NCBI GenBank assembly: GCA_964563755.1
Contig: CAZLYC010000001.1
Location: forward strand, 203,548-267,547
Direction: 5' to 3'
Length of the DNA: 64,000 bases
Source: an uncultured Methanosarcinales archaeon
GTDB taxonomy: Archaea > Nanobdellota > Nanobdellia > Woesearchaeales > UBA11576
In this document: one piece after another, positions 48,401 through 63,400 of the stretch
Layout of the letters: each line of letters begins with the position of its first letter
How positions within the stretch are numbered: position 1 is the first letter of the stretch
Position numbers and translations under genes: made by a program
Notes under the pieces: model-generated
Database searches by the model: none
The model's input: only the letters and a program-made list of their open reading frames with translations
Told to the model about the DNA's origin: nothing

Positions 48401-51400
48401 ACTGAACGAGACAACAGAGCTTAATGAGACGACAGAGCTCAACATGACTTCAAATGAGACAATCCTGGAGATTAATCAGACAATTGAGCAAGATATCAAT
48501 ATCACTGAAAATGTCACAACAGAATTCAACACGACAGAACAGGCAAGCAACGAAACAGCCTATAACGGCACAACAATAATTGTCACAGAAGTTGAAATCA
48601 ACGGCGTCATGTTCTACAAAGTATCCGGACTCACAGGCACAGGAGGCGGAGAGACAATAGAGGTGCTGAACATACACAGCTATCCTATCCTCGGAGGAGT
48701 CTGGACAGTAGACTTCATAACAAAAGGCACAGCGAACCTGACAATAACACCAATAGAGAATACCAGCTGGTCAGAGATGGACACAGACAACATCTTCACG
48801 GCAAACGACCTTGAATTCCTAGAGCTGAGCTGCGGAGAGGAGTCACTAAAAGACAACATCATAGCGATGACAGAGAACGGCACAGCGTTCGATTACGATG
48901 AACTTGCGAACAGCACAGTCAACGTGACGGCAATCATTATCCAGAACTACTCATGCAACCTGACAGGACACCTGAGCAACAAGGAACTCTTATCAGGACA
49001 TCACGCATTCTTCTTCCAGTTTGGAGAAGCGAACGCAACAGCATACAACTATGTCGCAACACTAAGTTGCAGAGTAGCAGCCGCATGTGAATACACAGAG
49101 GTATTAAGACTATCATCAATCACGAACGCCCACGTTGAACTCAGTAACTTCTCAAACTACGAGTACAGTATCTGCTGCAGGGACCTCGGAGGACAGAAGC
49201 TAAGGAACAACTGCTCTGACCCTAGAAATGTCACTATACTGAAAGCATCAGCAGAGACAAACGCCCACGTAGAGAAGATAACCCAGTCTAACTACAATGT
49301 GCCTGTATGCCTCAGTCATGAGAATCGCGACTTGAACATGACATGCGGATATGACAGCGTGAACAACTGCTCAGGATGGCAGGCCTGCGTAGCATCCATC
49401 AGCTCAACAGAGAGAGGAATGGATACAAACCTTGAAGTTGCAGAGTGCGGCTCGCCAAACAATTACACCACAAAGATATGCTGCAATATAGGCACAAACC
49501 AGACAGGACCCTCTCTGCCACCAGCACAGCCTAACCAGACAGGATGCGTAGGACCACATGACGACTTCACGCCTATAGACAACGTTACGCTATGCGCAGG
49601 AACATACTATACCAATGACGCAGCAGGAGACGGACTCATAAAAGTTGGAAGCAATAATGTCACACTGAACTGCAACGGAACCGTAATGGTAGGAAACGGA
49701 GCAGGAATAGGAATATACTCGAATTACAACGTGACGATAAATGGATGTGATGTAAGGAATTATGGGAAAGGAGTTGAGGTAAAAGGCTCCGATTTCCTCA
49801 ACGTAACTCTCAGCTGGAATTCAACAGGTGTGGATATCATTGATGGAATGGCTATAGACTCAGAAAATAATCTTGCTATAGCAGGAAGATGGTTGAACGG
49901 CAGCCAGAATGATTGGGGAATAGCCAGATACTATCCGAATGGAACACAGATTTGGAATAGATCTCTTGTATGGAATGCGACAGCTAGCGATCTGTTAATG
50001 GATATGACATATGATTCTGCAGGCAATCTGATTTCAGTCGGTTGGTGGTTTAACAACAGTTTTTATAGATGGGCCATAGCAAAATATGACTCTTCAGGCA
50101 ATCTATTATTCACCAGCTCTCCAATCTTCAATATCACAAAAAATGAAACCGCAACTGCAGTAGCAACGGATACCCTGAACAACATAATCGTTGTAGGAAG
50201 AAAAGAGTTACGTTCATGGTCTGAGTGGCAGATAGTCAAGTACAACTCAACCGGAAGCTTAATCTGGAATATAACACCTTTATGGAATAATGATTATGGA
50301 AATTTTCTGTATTCTGTAACTACCGATTCCCTTAACAACATAATTGTAGCTGGTGCATGTGTTTGGCCAGCCAAACAAAATTGGTGTGCTGCTAAATATT
50401 ACTCCAATGGAACACAAATATGGAACAGAACTTTCGTCTGGAATGCGACAGGTAGTCAGGAGTACGCAAAAGACGTCGTCATAGATTCAAATGACAATGT
50501 AATACTTGCTGGCAGATGGAGTAATAATGGTAATTATGACTGGAGCGTTATAAAACTCACATCTGACGGAACACAACTATGGAACAAATCATTAAAATGG
50601 GGGGACAGCGTAGATAGCGCTGAAAGCGTGGCTGTAGATTCTAATGATAATATACTTATTGCAGGAAACTGGCGAAGCGGAAGCAATAACGTGTGGGGTG
50701 TTGCAAAATATTATCCTAATGGCACACAAATAACCAACAGAAGTCTATTCTCAGGAAGCAATTCACTAACATATGCTAATGAAGTCGTTGTCGATTCGTC
50801 AGATAATATCATAGTCGCCGGTTCATGGGATAATGGCGGAGGAGACTGGAATTTTATGAAATTAACCCCTGACTTGACCGCTTCAGCATTCACACCCCGA
50901 GTGATATTGAACAATTCGTACATCAGGAATGCAGAAACAGGAGTGACTCTTGATGGAACTTCAAATTCACGAATAACCAACACAACCATAACTGGCACAA
51001 CAACCGGCCTCTACATGTCAGCAGCGAATGGCACAGTGATAACTAATCTTACAGTCTACAATAATACAAACGACATTTATGTTGATGGAACTGCTTCATC
51101 ATTTACGTATAATGCAACAAACATAACATTCGACTCTCCTGCAGGAACACTGCAGAATTACAGCAGATTAACAATATCTGATACTGTAGATGACTCAACA
51201 GCATACTCTTTATCTTGGGCATACATGTCATGGACACCTGTAAAGAGGAAGTCATTCGCACAGAAATTCATAGACCTGACTGCAGAAACAGGAATGCCGA
51301 ACATAGATTCAATGACATGGTACTGGCTCGATTCAGAACTCCCGACATATGATGAACTCAGGTTCCAGGTCTGGCAATTCGACCCAGTATATAGAGGAGG

Positions 51401-54400
51401 GCACACAGAAGGAAACTGGACAAGGATAAATTATCAGCTAGACACAGCCAATAACCTTATAAGACTAGCAAACTTGATTCCACAGAGCATATATGGCATC
51501 CTAGACTCGGGCAATGAAGCACCGAACATGACGGGAGTATCACTGACATCTCAGCTTGGAAAGAACTACACAAATGAGAGTCTAACTGCTCTCGCATTAG
51601 GACTCAGCGACCTAGATTCTGACAACGTCACGCTGACATACAACTGGTTCGTAGATGACAAATCAATAGCTGTCCTCAACATGCCGTTCGAAGCAAGAAG
51701 GGATGAGAACGAGAGCAACTGGACAAGGGAGTACTCGCCATACATGAATGATGGAAGAGTGCAGGGACCAAGATGGAACAAGACGGCTGGATGGAATAAT
51801 ACAGGAGCGTACGAGTTTGATGGCGTTAATGATTATATCTTAGTCTCAAACTTTGATTATGATATCTTAAGGCAGGGAAAGGAGACAAGCAGCTGGACGC
51901 TTGAAGCACGTGTTAAACCTGCAGGTTCACAAAATTCATCCGAGAAAATGATTGTAGGACGCGCAGGATGCCATGGCGGCATATACGCCTTCCCCAGTGA
52001 TTTCAGATTCACCATAAAAACTACTGATTGTTGGACTGGATCAAAGAGTATTACATACACTCCGCCTGACATGAATAGTTGGTATCATCTAGTCGCAGTG
52101 TATGATAATCGTATCATGTCATTCTATGCAAACGGTGTCCTGGTGGGGACAGACATATTCAATGCAACAATGTTCAACTATAACACTAATCTTTACATCG
52201 GAGGTATAGGCACCTATGTTTTCAACGGTACTGTGGATTCTGTGAGGATATATGATCGTGCATTATCCGCAGACCAGGTAAAGGCACTCTATGAGAACAA
52301 GACATACCTACTCACAGAGGCAGAGACACGAGGCAGAGAAACATGGAAGGTTCAGATAACACCTAACGACGGCTGGGAAGACGGACCTGCTGTCATGAGC
52401 AACTCACTCTATGTGTATGAACTCGCGTTCAATAATACAAAGCTTAACGCTTCACGACCTACCAATTATACCAACGAAAGCTTGACAGTATACACTGATT
52501 ACCTGAATGCGACAAACAGGACAATAGTCAACTGGTTTGTGGACAATTTCTCGATGGCTGTGCTTAATATGCCGTTCGACGGACTGAGCCCGAAGCATCC
52601 AAGGACAGAAAATGCACTGGTCGGATCATGGTGGTTTGAGGGAGACGCGAATGACAAGAGCGGAAAAGGCATGGATGGAGTAGTTACTGGTTCAACTGTT
52701 GGTGATGGCAAGGTTGACAAGGCATATTTGTTCAATGGCGTGGATCAATCCATCAATATATCTAATTACGATTCTCTTGTTAATAATGTAACAAATCAGA
52801 TGACGATAGGACTTTGGGTCAAGCCTGTCGGATATCCTGCAGTAGGATACGCTGAAGCATTACGAAAAGAGATAAGTTACCATTTCTCATATAATGCAGC
52901 TGTACCTGGATGGGATATAGGATTCAAAAATGAAACAAACGGACAACAATTCCCGGGACATATCGATACATCTCAAGTGCCTCTAAATAAGTGGACTCAT
53001 CTATTGCTGACATATGATGGCTCAACAATATCTGTTTATGTCAATGGTGTGCTTTCCAAGAGCGCAAATTTAGTTTTCAAAATAGGTTCAAACAACAACG
53101 ATAACCTGTACATAGGTAATTATGGCAGTTCAGAAGAATCAGGACTCCTAAGCAGGTACTTCAATGGCAGCATTGACGAAGTCTACATCTGGAACAGGTC
53201 GTTATCTGCAACTGAGATAAGAACCATCTACGAGGAAGGCCTGAACAATTACGAAGATGCCAAGGACTATTCTACTAACGGCAATACTGGAACTGTCGTG
53301 AATGCAACGTGGAACAGGACTGGCGGGCCGAATAACACAGGAGCATATACTTTCGATGGTGTCGATGATTATATCATAATAGATCATGATGGCTCAACAG
53401 ATATGTTTGATTCTATATCTGTTGAGGCTTGGGTAAAGGTAAGTTCTTTGGGAACAGAACAGTATCCATCTATAGCAGGTAAACAATACGGCGGATTATA
53501 TCCTAGCAATAATCCCTATGCGCTTTACATACAGAACTCTGATGATACGTTGAGGTTTGGCAAGAGGAATATCGATGGTATCTGGGGCGGCTCCGCATAC
53601 ACTAGTGTGACTCCTTATATCGGTGAATGGATTCATGTTGTGGGTATGCTTGACGGAACGAATTTAAGGCTTTATGTCAATGGTGAAAAAGTAAGTGAAG
53701 TGTCTACCCGCATAGGCACACAGAATGACGACAGTCCTGTACTGATTGGAGCAGATGATAATGATGGCAACGGAGTTGCCGACAATTTCTTCAACGGCAC
53801 GATAGACATTGTGAGGATATACTACAGGGCATTATCTGCAGAGCAGATCACTGCTTTGTACGCGAACAGGACTTATTTGATACCCTCTTCAGAGACCCGC
53901 GGCGGTGAGACCTGGCAGGCATTGCTCACGCCGCAGGATAGTTATGAGGACGGCACTGCCGTGTACAGCAACCCGATATATATCTATGAGTTGGCGCTGC
54001 TGAACACGAAACTGAATGCGTCAAGCGTAACGAATTATACTAATCAGAATCTTACTGTCTACACAACGTTTGCAAATGGCACAAATAACACAATAGTCAA
54101 CTGGTTCGTTGATAACAGTTCGATGGCGGTCCTCAACATGCCGTTTGAAGCTTTGAGTCAGAAGCACCACGAGATAGATGATTTGATGGTTTGCGCTTTG
54201 CAGTTCGAAGGAGACGCGACTGACAAGAGCGGAAAAGGTAATACTGGAATAGTGAACGGCGCAGTAATAGCTGACGCAAAGATAAAGAAGGGCTATTCTT
54301 TCGATGGTATTAATGATTATATCAATATCTCAAATTCACAAAGCCTGCAGAACTACACATCATTCACGGTCGCATTATGGTTCAAGTATGCAGGAAGAGG

Positions 54401-57400
54401 CCCTCAGAACAAGCAATACACTACAATAATCAACAAGAACGCGATAGGCAACGGAAATCTGGACCCATATCATATCTGGGTTGAAAATTCAAGTCAGGAA
54501 TTGATTGTGCGTTTAGGAAGCGGCACTTCGGCAATCTATATGAGTCCATTGATAAGTGTAAATGACAACAAATTCCACCATGTGACTGTTGTTTTCGATG
54601 ATGCTCTTGATAAATACTACATGTATTTTGATGGACGCAGAGCAGCAACTAATAGGGTGTCGTCAAGCTGGAAACCAACAACAAATACTGACTCATTGAT
54701 GATAGGAAACTGGCAACCGTACGGAAGCTACTTCAATGGAACAATAGATGAAGTCATGATATGGAACCGGTCATTATCCGCTACAGAAGCTAGAGAATTA
54801 TATGATGAAGGCCTGAACAACTATGAAGATGCGAAGGACTATTCGAGCAATGGAAATACTGGCAATGTTGTCAATGCCACGTTGAATAAGACGGGAGGAA
54901 TAAACAACACGGGAGCATACGAATTCAATGGTGTTGGTTCATACATAGATATCAATAATTCCCTGTCTTTGCAAGACATAACAGAATCAAGTTTCACATT
55001 CGAATCATGGTACTATCCATCCTCACTTCCATCCACAAATCCCACACATGACCAGCATGCACTAGTATGCAAGAGGGGATACCACACTGCCCTGAGGTTC
55101 AACAGCGGCGGGTCATTTAGATTCAGCATCTGGAACTCATTAAATACTGCTTTTACTGTCACATCCAGTGCATATCCTGCAAATAACTGGTATCATGTAG
55201 TCGGAGTCGCAGACGAATCCACGAAGACCATAACACTTTACGTTAACGGACAGAAGTTCGGCCCAATACACTATACGGGCATTCTTAGAGATTATGGAAA
55301 TGTGAGCACAAGGATAGGATTATGCAATGATGTAGGCCTAGCTTATGACAACATGGCTAACGGTACTATTGATGGTGTGAAAATATATGACAGAGCTTTA
55401 TCACAAGATCAGGTAATCTCTTCGTATGAAGGTAGGCTTAATGTCACTGTCGAAGCAGAGACTCGCGGCGGAGAGACATGGTATGCTGAGCTTACACCTC
55501 AGGATGGCTATGAAGACGGACCAATAGTAACTAGCAACTCAATATACATCTATGACTTGGCACTGCTGAACACCAAGCTTAATGCAACACGTGTTACTAA
55601 TTACACTAATGAGAATCTAACTGTTTACACAACGTTTGCGAACGGCACTAACATGACGACAGTCAACTGGTTCGTTGACAACACGTCGATGGCTGTGTTG
55701 AACATGCCATTTGAGCCGTTAACCAAAAAGCACCACAACATAGAAGAATCGATGGTCGGCGCATGGTGGTTTGAAGAAAATTCAAGAGACAGTAGCGGCA
55801 AAGGAAATCACGGCACTGTTGATGGCCCCGCAATAACTACTGTGGGTAAAGTAGGCAAAGCTTACACATTTAACGGCCTATGGGACACAATACCAACAAC
55901 CAACAGCGCCTCTTTGAACATAACAAGAGCAATAACAATAAGCGTTTGGGTCAAGCCAAATACGATAGCAACAAACCCTGTACTTATTGACAAAGGATAT
56001 TCAACATCATATTACCTGCAGCTACTTTCAGCAGGCCAGATAGAATTCGGCATGGACTACCCAGAAATATCTGTCCAAAGCGACACAGGAATTGTTCTTG
56101 CAGGAGAATGGTCTCATATCGTTGGAACATACGACTCGAGCGTATCAGTAAATAATCTTAAGATATATAAAAACGGTAAACTCGTGAATCAGTTCACAAG
56201 AACTGGAACAGGCACAGGAAATTCCGAGATACTCACAATAGGATCTAACATTTATGCAGGAGAGTACTTCAATGGTACGATTGATGAAGTGGCCATATGG
56301 AACAGGTCACTTTCTGCAGCAGAAGTCGATCATCTATATGCGGACAGCCTTGACAACAACGATGGAGCCAAGGATTACTCGACTAATGGAAACAACGCAA
56401 ACATATCAGGAGCAATATGGACGTCAAGCGAAGGGTGGAATAACACAGGTACTTACCAGTTCGACGGAATAGACGATTACCTCGAAGTTGCGGATTCTGC
56501 AAGCCTCAAACCGACAGAGGCTGTATCAATAGAAGTCTGGGTGAAGCCAGGAAGACAGAATTTCACACAGGAAAGATATGTTGTATTAGATTATCAGGCA
56601 GAGAAGGACGTTTCAGTAATGAGTTATGTCGATAATAACAACATCACATATGGCGCAAACAGCATGCTTCTCGACAGCGGACAGATAGGCACAATACTCG
56701 CTTCACAGATTGCCGTCGGAGATGTGATAAACGGAACAGGACCTTTTGAGGCGGCATTTATAGGAGATGGAGGAGACATGCCTGTCCCTGCAAGTTTCGC
56801 AGGAAAAGAATTCGCGTATAACGTGACAAGGAATCCACCGCAGAACATATCAGTCTGCGCGCCATTCGAGGCAGCGAATGTCTATCTCTACAACAGTTCA
56901 AGAAGCCAGGTGGCAACATTCAGCTTGACTAAAGGCAGCTGCAACAAGTTCAGTTATAGCTTCGCTGATTCATGGTTCTATATGAATGCAACAGGACGCG
57001 TAGTTGCGCAAGCGATGAACACATTTTCAGATGCGTTTGTAATGTATCCTCTTTCAGATGACCTGTGGGGGATTGCTTCTGGCGCAGGGTATGTCGCAAT
57101 AGCATCTAATGGAGTCAATGTAACATATTATAATTCAGATTCTACAACAGCAACAGCAGTGTATAACTATGGAAATTCATTCTCACCGCTTGGAGGAGCA
57201 GGACAAGGCTCAGGTGTAGCAACCCATATAGTGGCCAACCAGCCTGCAATAGGCGTAATAAGTTCAGCTGACGCAGATGGTGGAGAGGCTGCGACATATT
57301 ACCCGACAAAAGAACTAAGCTATGTGTTCGGCATACCACAGTATGCACAGTACTTAGCATTCGCGGCAACACAACCTAACACTGTGTGCTACATGAAGTA

Positions 57401-60400
57401 CGCTGATGGAAGGACTTCTCCATATATACATGCTAACGGAACAGTCTTTACAAAGATATCTGGAAGAAATCTCAATCCGCCTTACCCGAACAAGCTATAT
57501 GTTGGCAACGAGTCAGCAGCTCCTGACCAGAGCATAACAAATGCAACGATGTTCATCTGTAACAATCTCGTGTACGCTTATTATGAGGACAATTCTACTG
57601 CTGACGAGACAAACATGTGGGGTCTAAAGGACCCAGGAATAGTCTTCAAGCCAGGAGCATACGGACTTGCGTTCAGTCCGTCAGGAAAGATAGATGGATA
57701 CGTGAACGGCAAAGGAATTTCTGCAGATGGCACATTTGACCAGTGGCAGCACGTAGTTATGACATATGATGGCGCATACATAAGCATATACGTGAACGGT
57801 CAGCTCAAAGATAGGGACAGATTACAGGGAAGCATATTGCAGAGCACAAGCACGCTCACGATAGGAAAGTATGGCAATGAATACTTCAACGGTTCAATCG
57901 ACGGCCTGAAGATATACGACAGAGCGTTATCTGCGGACCAGATACTGGCAGCTTACCAGAACAGGACTGACAAGATATCGGATGCTGAGACAAGAGGCGG
58001 AGAGACATGGGTTTCAATCCTCACACCGAATGATGGATTTGAGGATGGATCGAGTGTCACAAGCAACGACCTGTTCGTATACAACATAGGTGCTGAAAAC
58101 ATAACGCTCGATTCTTCATTAGGAACAGGAACCATACTTGAGAACCTCACTGTAAAATATAACCTGACGAACGGTTCGACAATTTCGAACATAAACTGGT
58201 TCGTCAACGGAACATCCATTACATTGCTAAACATGCCATTTGACGCATTGACTGCCAAGCATCATGAAATCGAGAGTTCAGTCACCGCAGCATGGCAATT
58301 TGAGGGAGACGCTACAGACAAGAGCTCAAAAGCGCAGCATGGAACAGTCTACGGAGCGACACTATCTGACGGAAAAGTGAAGAACGCATACAGCTTCGAT
58401 GGCAATGATGATTACATAAACGCAGGAACTGTAGCAACAGATTTCACAAACGGAATGACGATAGCAGTTTGGGTATACTATAATTCACTGCCTTCCTGGT
58501 CAAGGATAATTGACTTCGGCCAGAACTCTGGTGATGACAATATACTGATCGCGAACTGGGGCACGACAGACGACCTCGTCTTTGACATATGGAACGGAGC
58601 GACAGATGGAAAAATCACAGCATATGATGCAATCGATATTGGAAAATGGATGCACCTTGCCTTTACAGTAGACTCATCCGGAAACGGCGCCATATACAAG
58701 AACGGCAAGGCAATAAAGACAGGAACCACCAACGTTCCCCCTGCAGTGTCAAGGGACAAGGCGTACATAGGAAAATCAAACTGGGCAGCTGACGCCAACT
58801 TCAGCGGAAATATCGACGAGCTTTATATGTGGAACCGCTCGCTGAACGCTTCAGAAATAAGAGGTGTGTACGAAGAAGGACTTAACAATTATGAAGATAC
58901 TAAAGATTACTCAGGAAACGCAAACACAGGATATGTGAATGGCAGCGCCTGGAACAGCACAGGCGGATTCAATAATACCGGAGCATACCAATTCGATGGA
59001 GTAAATGATTATATCGATCTCAGGAGCTATTTCCCAGATGTCAATATTTCATTCTCTATACTTTTCTGGGTAAAGCCGGGCGCATCACAGGTCACCTATG
59101 CAGACATATTTGGAAACCATGGTGGCTACAAAGGAATGGTCATGCAGCAGGACGCTTCAAACACTAATAGTTTCGGTTGGGGTTATGGCAACGGAACCGC
59201 TTGGGCACCAGGATTGCCTGCAGTACAGCTTATTGCGGACGCATGGCAGCACATAGCAATAGTCAAGAACACGACAAATTGCACACTCTACCTGAATTCA
59301 ATATTCAACGTATCAATTGATTGTTCATCACCATATGTCCCTAATAGCGGAAGAAACATGTGGATAGGCCAGGGATACCAGGGAGGACCAACTGAAAGAT
59401 TCTTCAACGGCAGCATAGACAACTTCATGATATTCAACAGGTCGCTTACATCATCGCAGATACTTGCACTCTACCAGAACAGGACCAACTTCCTCAGCTT
59501 CAACGAAACAAGAGGAGGAGACATGTGGTATGCGGAAGTCACACCAAACGATGGATATGAAGATGGAAGGACGCAGACGACTGGCAACGTGACAATAAAG
59601 GGATGCGCAGTGCCTTATGACGGGTTGGTCTTGACATCGAGCGTTGAACTGTGTCCAGGAACATTCTATGTGAATGATGCTGCAGCCAACGGACTCATTA
59701 ACATATCTGCAAGTAACATAAACATAACATGCTTAGGAACAACTCTTTACGGAAACAACGTAGGGTATGCTTTCATAAACAGTCCGAGTGCAGCCTATAA
59801 TAATATTACAATACAAGGATGCCGGATAGTCAACTATACAAGAGCATATACCTCATCACCTAACTTTGGTGTGAAAAACTTCACTTTCTTCAACAACACT
59901 GTAGTAAATTTCAGCAGTTACGCATTATACTCGCAAGTCTCAGGAGGCCAAAACTGGAATATATCAGGAAACAGATTCTATGGTGTACCAACGAGCGGAT
60001 CATCATATGGTGCATATCTATATTACAATTCTTTCTCCACTGTAGAGAACAATCTGTTCTATTCAAACTATAACGGACTTACAATATACAATTCAGACAA
60101 CACGACAATAAGGAACAACACGTTCAACCAATCAGCAAACGTGGGAGTGTACACTACAGGAATTAATAGTGCGGACTTCCTCACTAATGTAACTATAGAA
60201 TATAATAATTTTACAGCAAGCAGCGGAACTCAACAGATACATATCCTGAACTATGTGCAGAACATAACTATAAGAAACAACAGCTTTAATGCAGGCAGTT
60301 CATACAATATATACGCCACCGGTGCCGGTAACGGAGTCAATGCACATAAGTACATAAACATATCCGACAACAATTTCATTAATGTTGCGTCATCTCAAAT

Positions 60401-63400
60401 ATATTTCTCATACAGCTACAACAGCACTGTTAGGGGGAATAATTTTTCAACTACAACAGGAACGCCTACAGCTTCATTATACGTAACAAGTGATGTGGAT
60501 TACCTTACCGTGTATGACAATAATTTCTTCAGGCAAGGATCTTATGCAATCTATTGCAATGCGGCGGTAGGAGCTGGTGTCAGCTCTTTCCTGAATATAA
60601 CAAATAACCTAATCAACCTGTCCACAAGCCGCGGCATATATCTGTATGACTACTGTGATAATGGGGTGATAACAGGCAATAGTATAAACTCATCAGCAAC
60701 TGCGAACATATATCTATATACAACTGGAACTGTTAACAATACAATATATAATAACTCATTCTATGGCGTACCTGCTGACTATGCATATGTAACAACCACC
60801 CTTACAGGAAACGCATTCAGCAAGAGGATAAACGGCGTCTGGGTAGGAAACTTCTGGGCTGACATAAACTCCAGCAGCATAAGGATATACGACTCGAACC
60901 ATGACGGATACGGAGATACAGGAGGAGAATATCCTTATAATAGCACCAATAGGGCTAATGTATATGGGGATGTAAATGATTACGGTCCAATACTGCCACC
61001 TGATACTGATCAGGATGGAGCGTACGACAGGATAGATTGCGCACCGAACAATGTTACACTGGTTCCTCCATACGATGAGCTCAAAGTCAACACTTCAATG
61101 ACGTTCTGCTCCGGAAGCTATCGCGAAAGAGATGCGGGAGCATTTGGAACAATAAAGATAACGAACAGCAACATAAACCTCTCTTGCAACGGAACAGCAA
61201 TAATAGGAGAAAATACCGGATACGGAATAGTCAACTCATACTCAAATGTTACGATACAGGGATGCAATGTCGGGAATTACAGCACTGCTGCTTTGGCTGG
61301 TGGATTGTGGAATAGGACTTTTGTGTGGAATGCAACAGGCAATGATGTTCCGTATGGTGTTGCTGTAGATTCTTTGGATAACACCTATGTGGCAGGTTAC
61401 TGGTATAATGGTTCCCAATCTGATTGGAGTTTTGTCAAGTATGATTCATATGGAAATTATGTATTCAACAGGACTTTTGTCTGGAATGCAACAGGCAACG
61501 ATTCCGCTCGTGCTGTAGCAATCGATATTTATGGCAACATTTATGTCACTGGCAGTTGGCGTAATGACAGCCAGGATGATTGGGGCTTGGTCAAATATAA
61601 TTCAACTGGAGATTATGTCTGGAACAGAAGTTTTGTCTGGAATTCAACTGGTTCAGATGTAGCTTATGATGTTGCTGTTGATTATTCTGGTAATGTTTAC
61701 GTTACTGGTATTTGGAGAAATGGAACTCAGGGTGACTGGGGACTTGTCAAATGGGATGCTAACGGAAACTATTTGTGGAACATAAGCAAGGTGTGGAGTC
61801 CGACCAATGATGATACTGCTTGGGGCGTTGCAACTGATAGCCAAGGAAATGTAATCGTTGCAGGAGCTTGGCGAAATGGCTCAAGCCATGATTGGGGAAT
61901 CGTTAAATATAGCACTGATGGAGTCCTGCTCTGGAACAGCAGCAGTGGCTGGAGCGGTACACAAACTGATGAAGCATGGGATGTCGCCGTTGATAATCAA
62001 GATAATATTCTGGCTTCTGGAGAATGGAGTGATGCTTTTGGCGAGTATTGGGGTGTCGCCAAGTTCAGAAGTTCTGATGGCTTGTTATTATGGAACAAGA
62101 GTGTGGCGTGGAATCCAACATTCAACGGAATTGCTCTTGGTGTAGATTCTGACAGCAAAAATAACGTATTAATCGGCGGTTACTGTTATGTTGGTTCTTC
62201 TGAGGAATGGTGTGCAGCAAAATTCAGTCCTGATGGTATTATACTATGGAACAGGAGCGTGGTATGGAACGCTACAGGTGACGATTATATTTGGGATGTT
62301 GCTGTTGATAGCTCAGATAATCTGTTGGCTGCAGGTCACTGGAAACGAGGAAATAGAAATACTTGGGGTATCGCTAAGTTGAGCGGTGCAGGTGACATCA
62401 TAACTTCAAATTCCATTTTCATTAATGACACATTTGCAAATAGCACAAAAGGAATAGAATTATCCGGACGCATAACATATACAAACATAACTAATTCAAC
62501 ATTATGGAGCAATACCTATGGAGCTCACCTTGGCAATGAATCTGCAAGAACAACAATAGCACACAGTACAGCAAATGCAAGCACATCAAGAGGAATATAC
62601 GTAGACAAGGCAAATGATACTAGGCTAATCAATGTAACTTTGTATAATACTACAATAGGAATGTATGTAGAGGCAGGACAAAATCCAATCTGGCTGAACA
62701 TAACAGATGCAAGCTTCAGGCCAAATAATGGACTGCTCAATAATTATACAAAACTAAATGTATCGGACATAGTGAATGCCTCAAGCGCATACTCGATAAC
62801 ATGGGCGACAAACACGACGCCATTATCTGAACGCATGCCTCCGTTCAGGTATAAGTTCGTCGACATAACAACACAAGCTGGAGCGACATCGATAGACAGA
62901 GTTACGTGGAGCTGGCTTGACTCAGAACTGACAGGATATGACGAAACAAATTTCACGCTCTGGAAATATACAACGTACTGGGTCAATATAAGTTCACAGC
63001 TGGATACTGCATCAAACACTTTGACTGTCTACAACCTTAATCCGCAGAGCATATATGGAATACTGCAGGATGGAAACGCAGCTCCGACAATAACTAGCGT
63101 GATAGTCAACTCAACTTATGGAATGAATTACACGGACGAGAACATAACTGCTTATGCTTTCGGCATGAGCGACCCGAATAATGACAACATAACGCTCATC
63201 TACAACTGGTTCGTGAACAACAGATCTCTGGCAGTCTTGAATATGCCGTTCGAGGCAGATAACGGTAATGAATATGTCATAGCGAGGGACTTCTCGGATA
63301 TTGGAGAAGATGGAACAGTATATGGAGCGGTGTGGAACAGGACAGGAGGAATAAACAACAGCGGAGCTTACCAGTTCGACGGTGTAAATGACTACATAGA

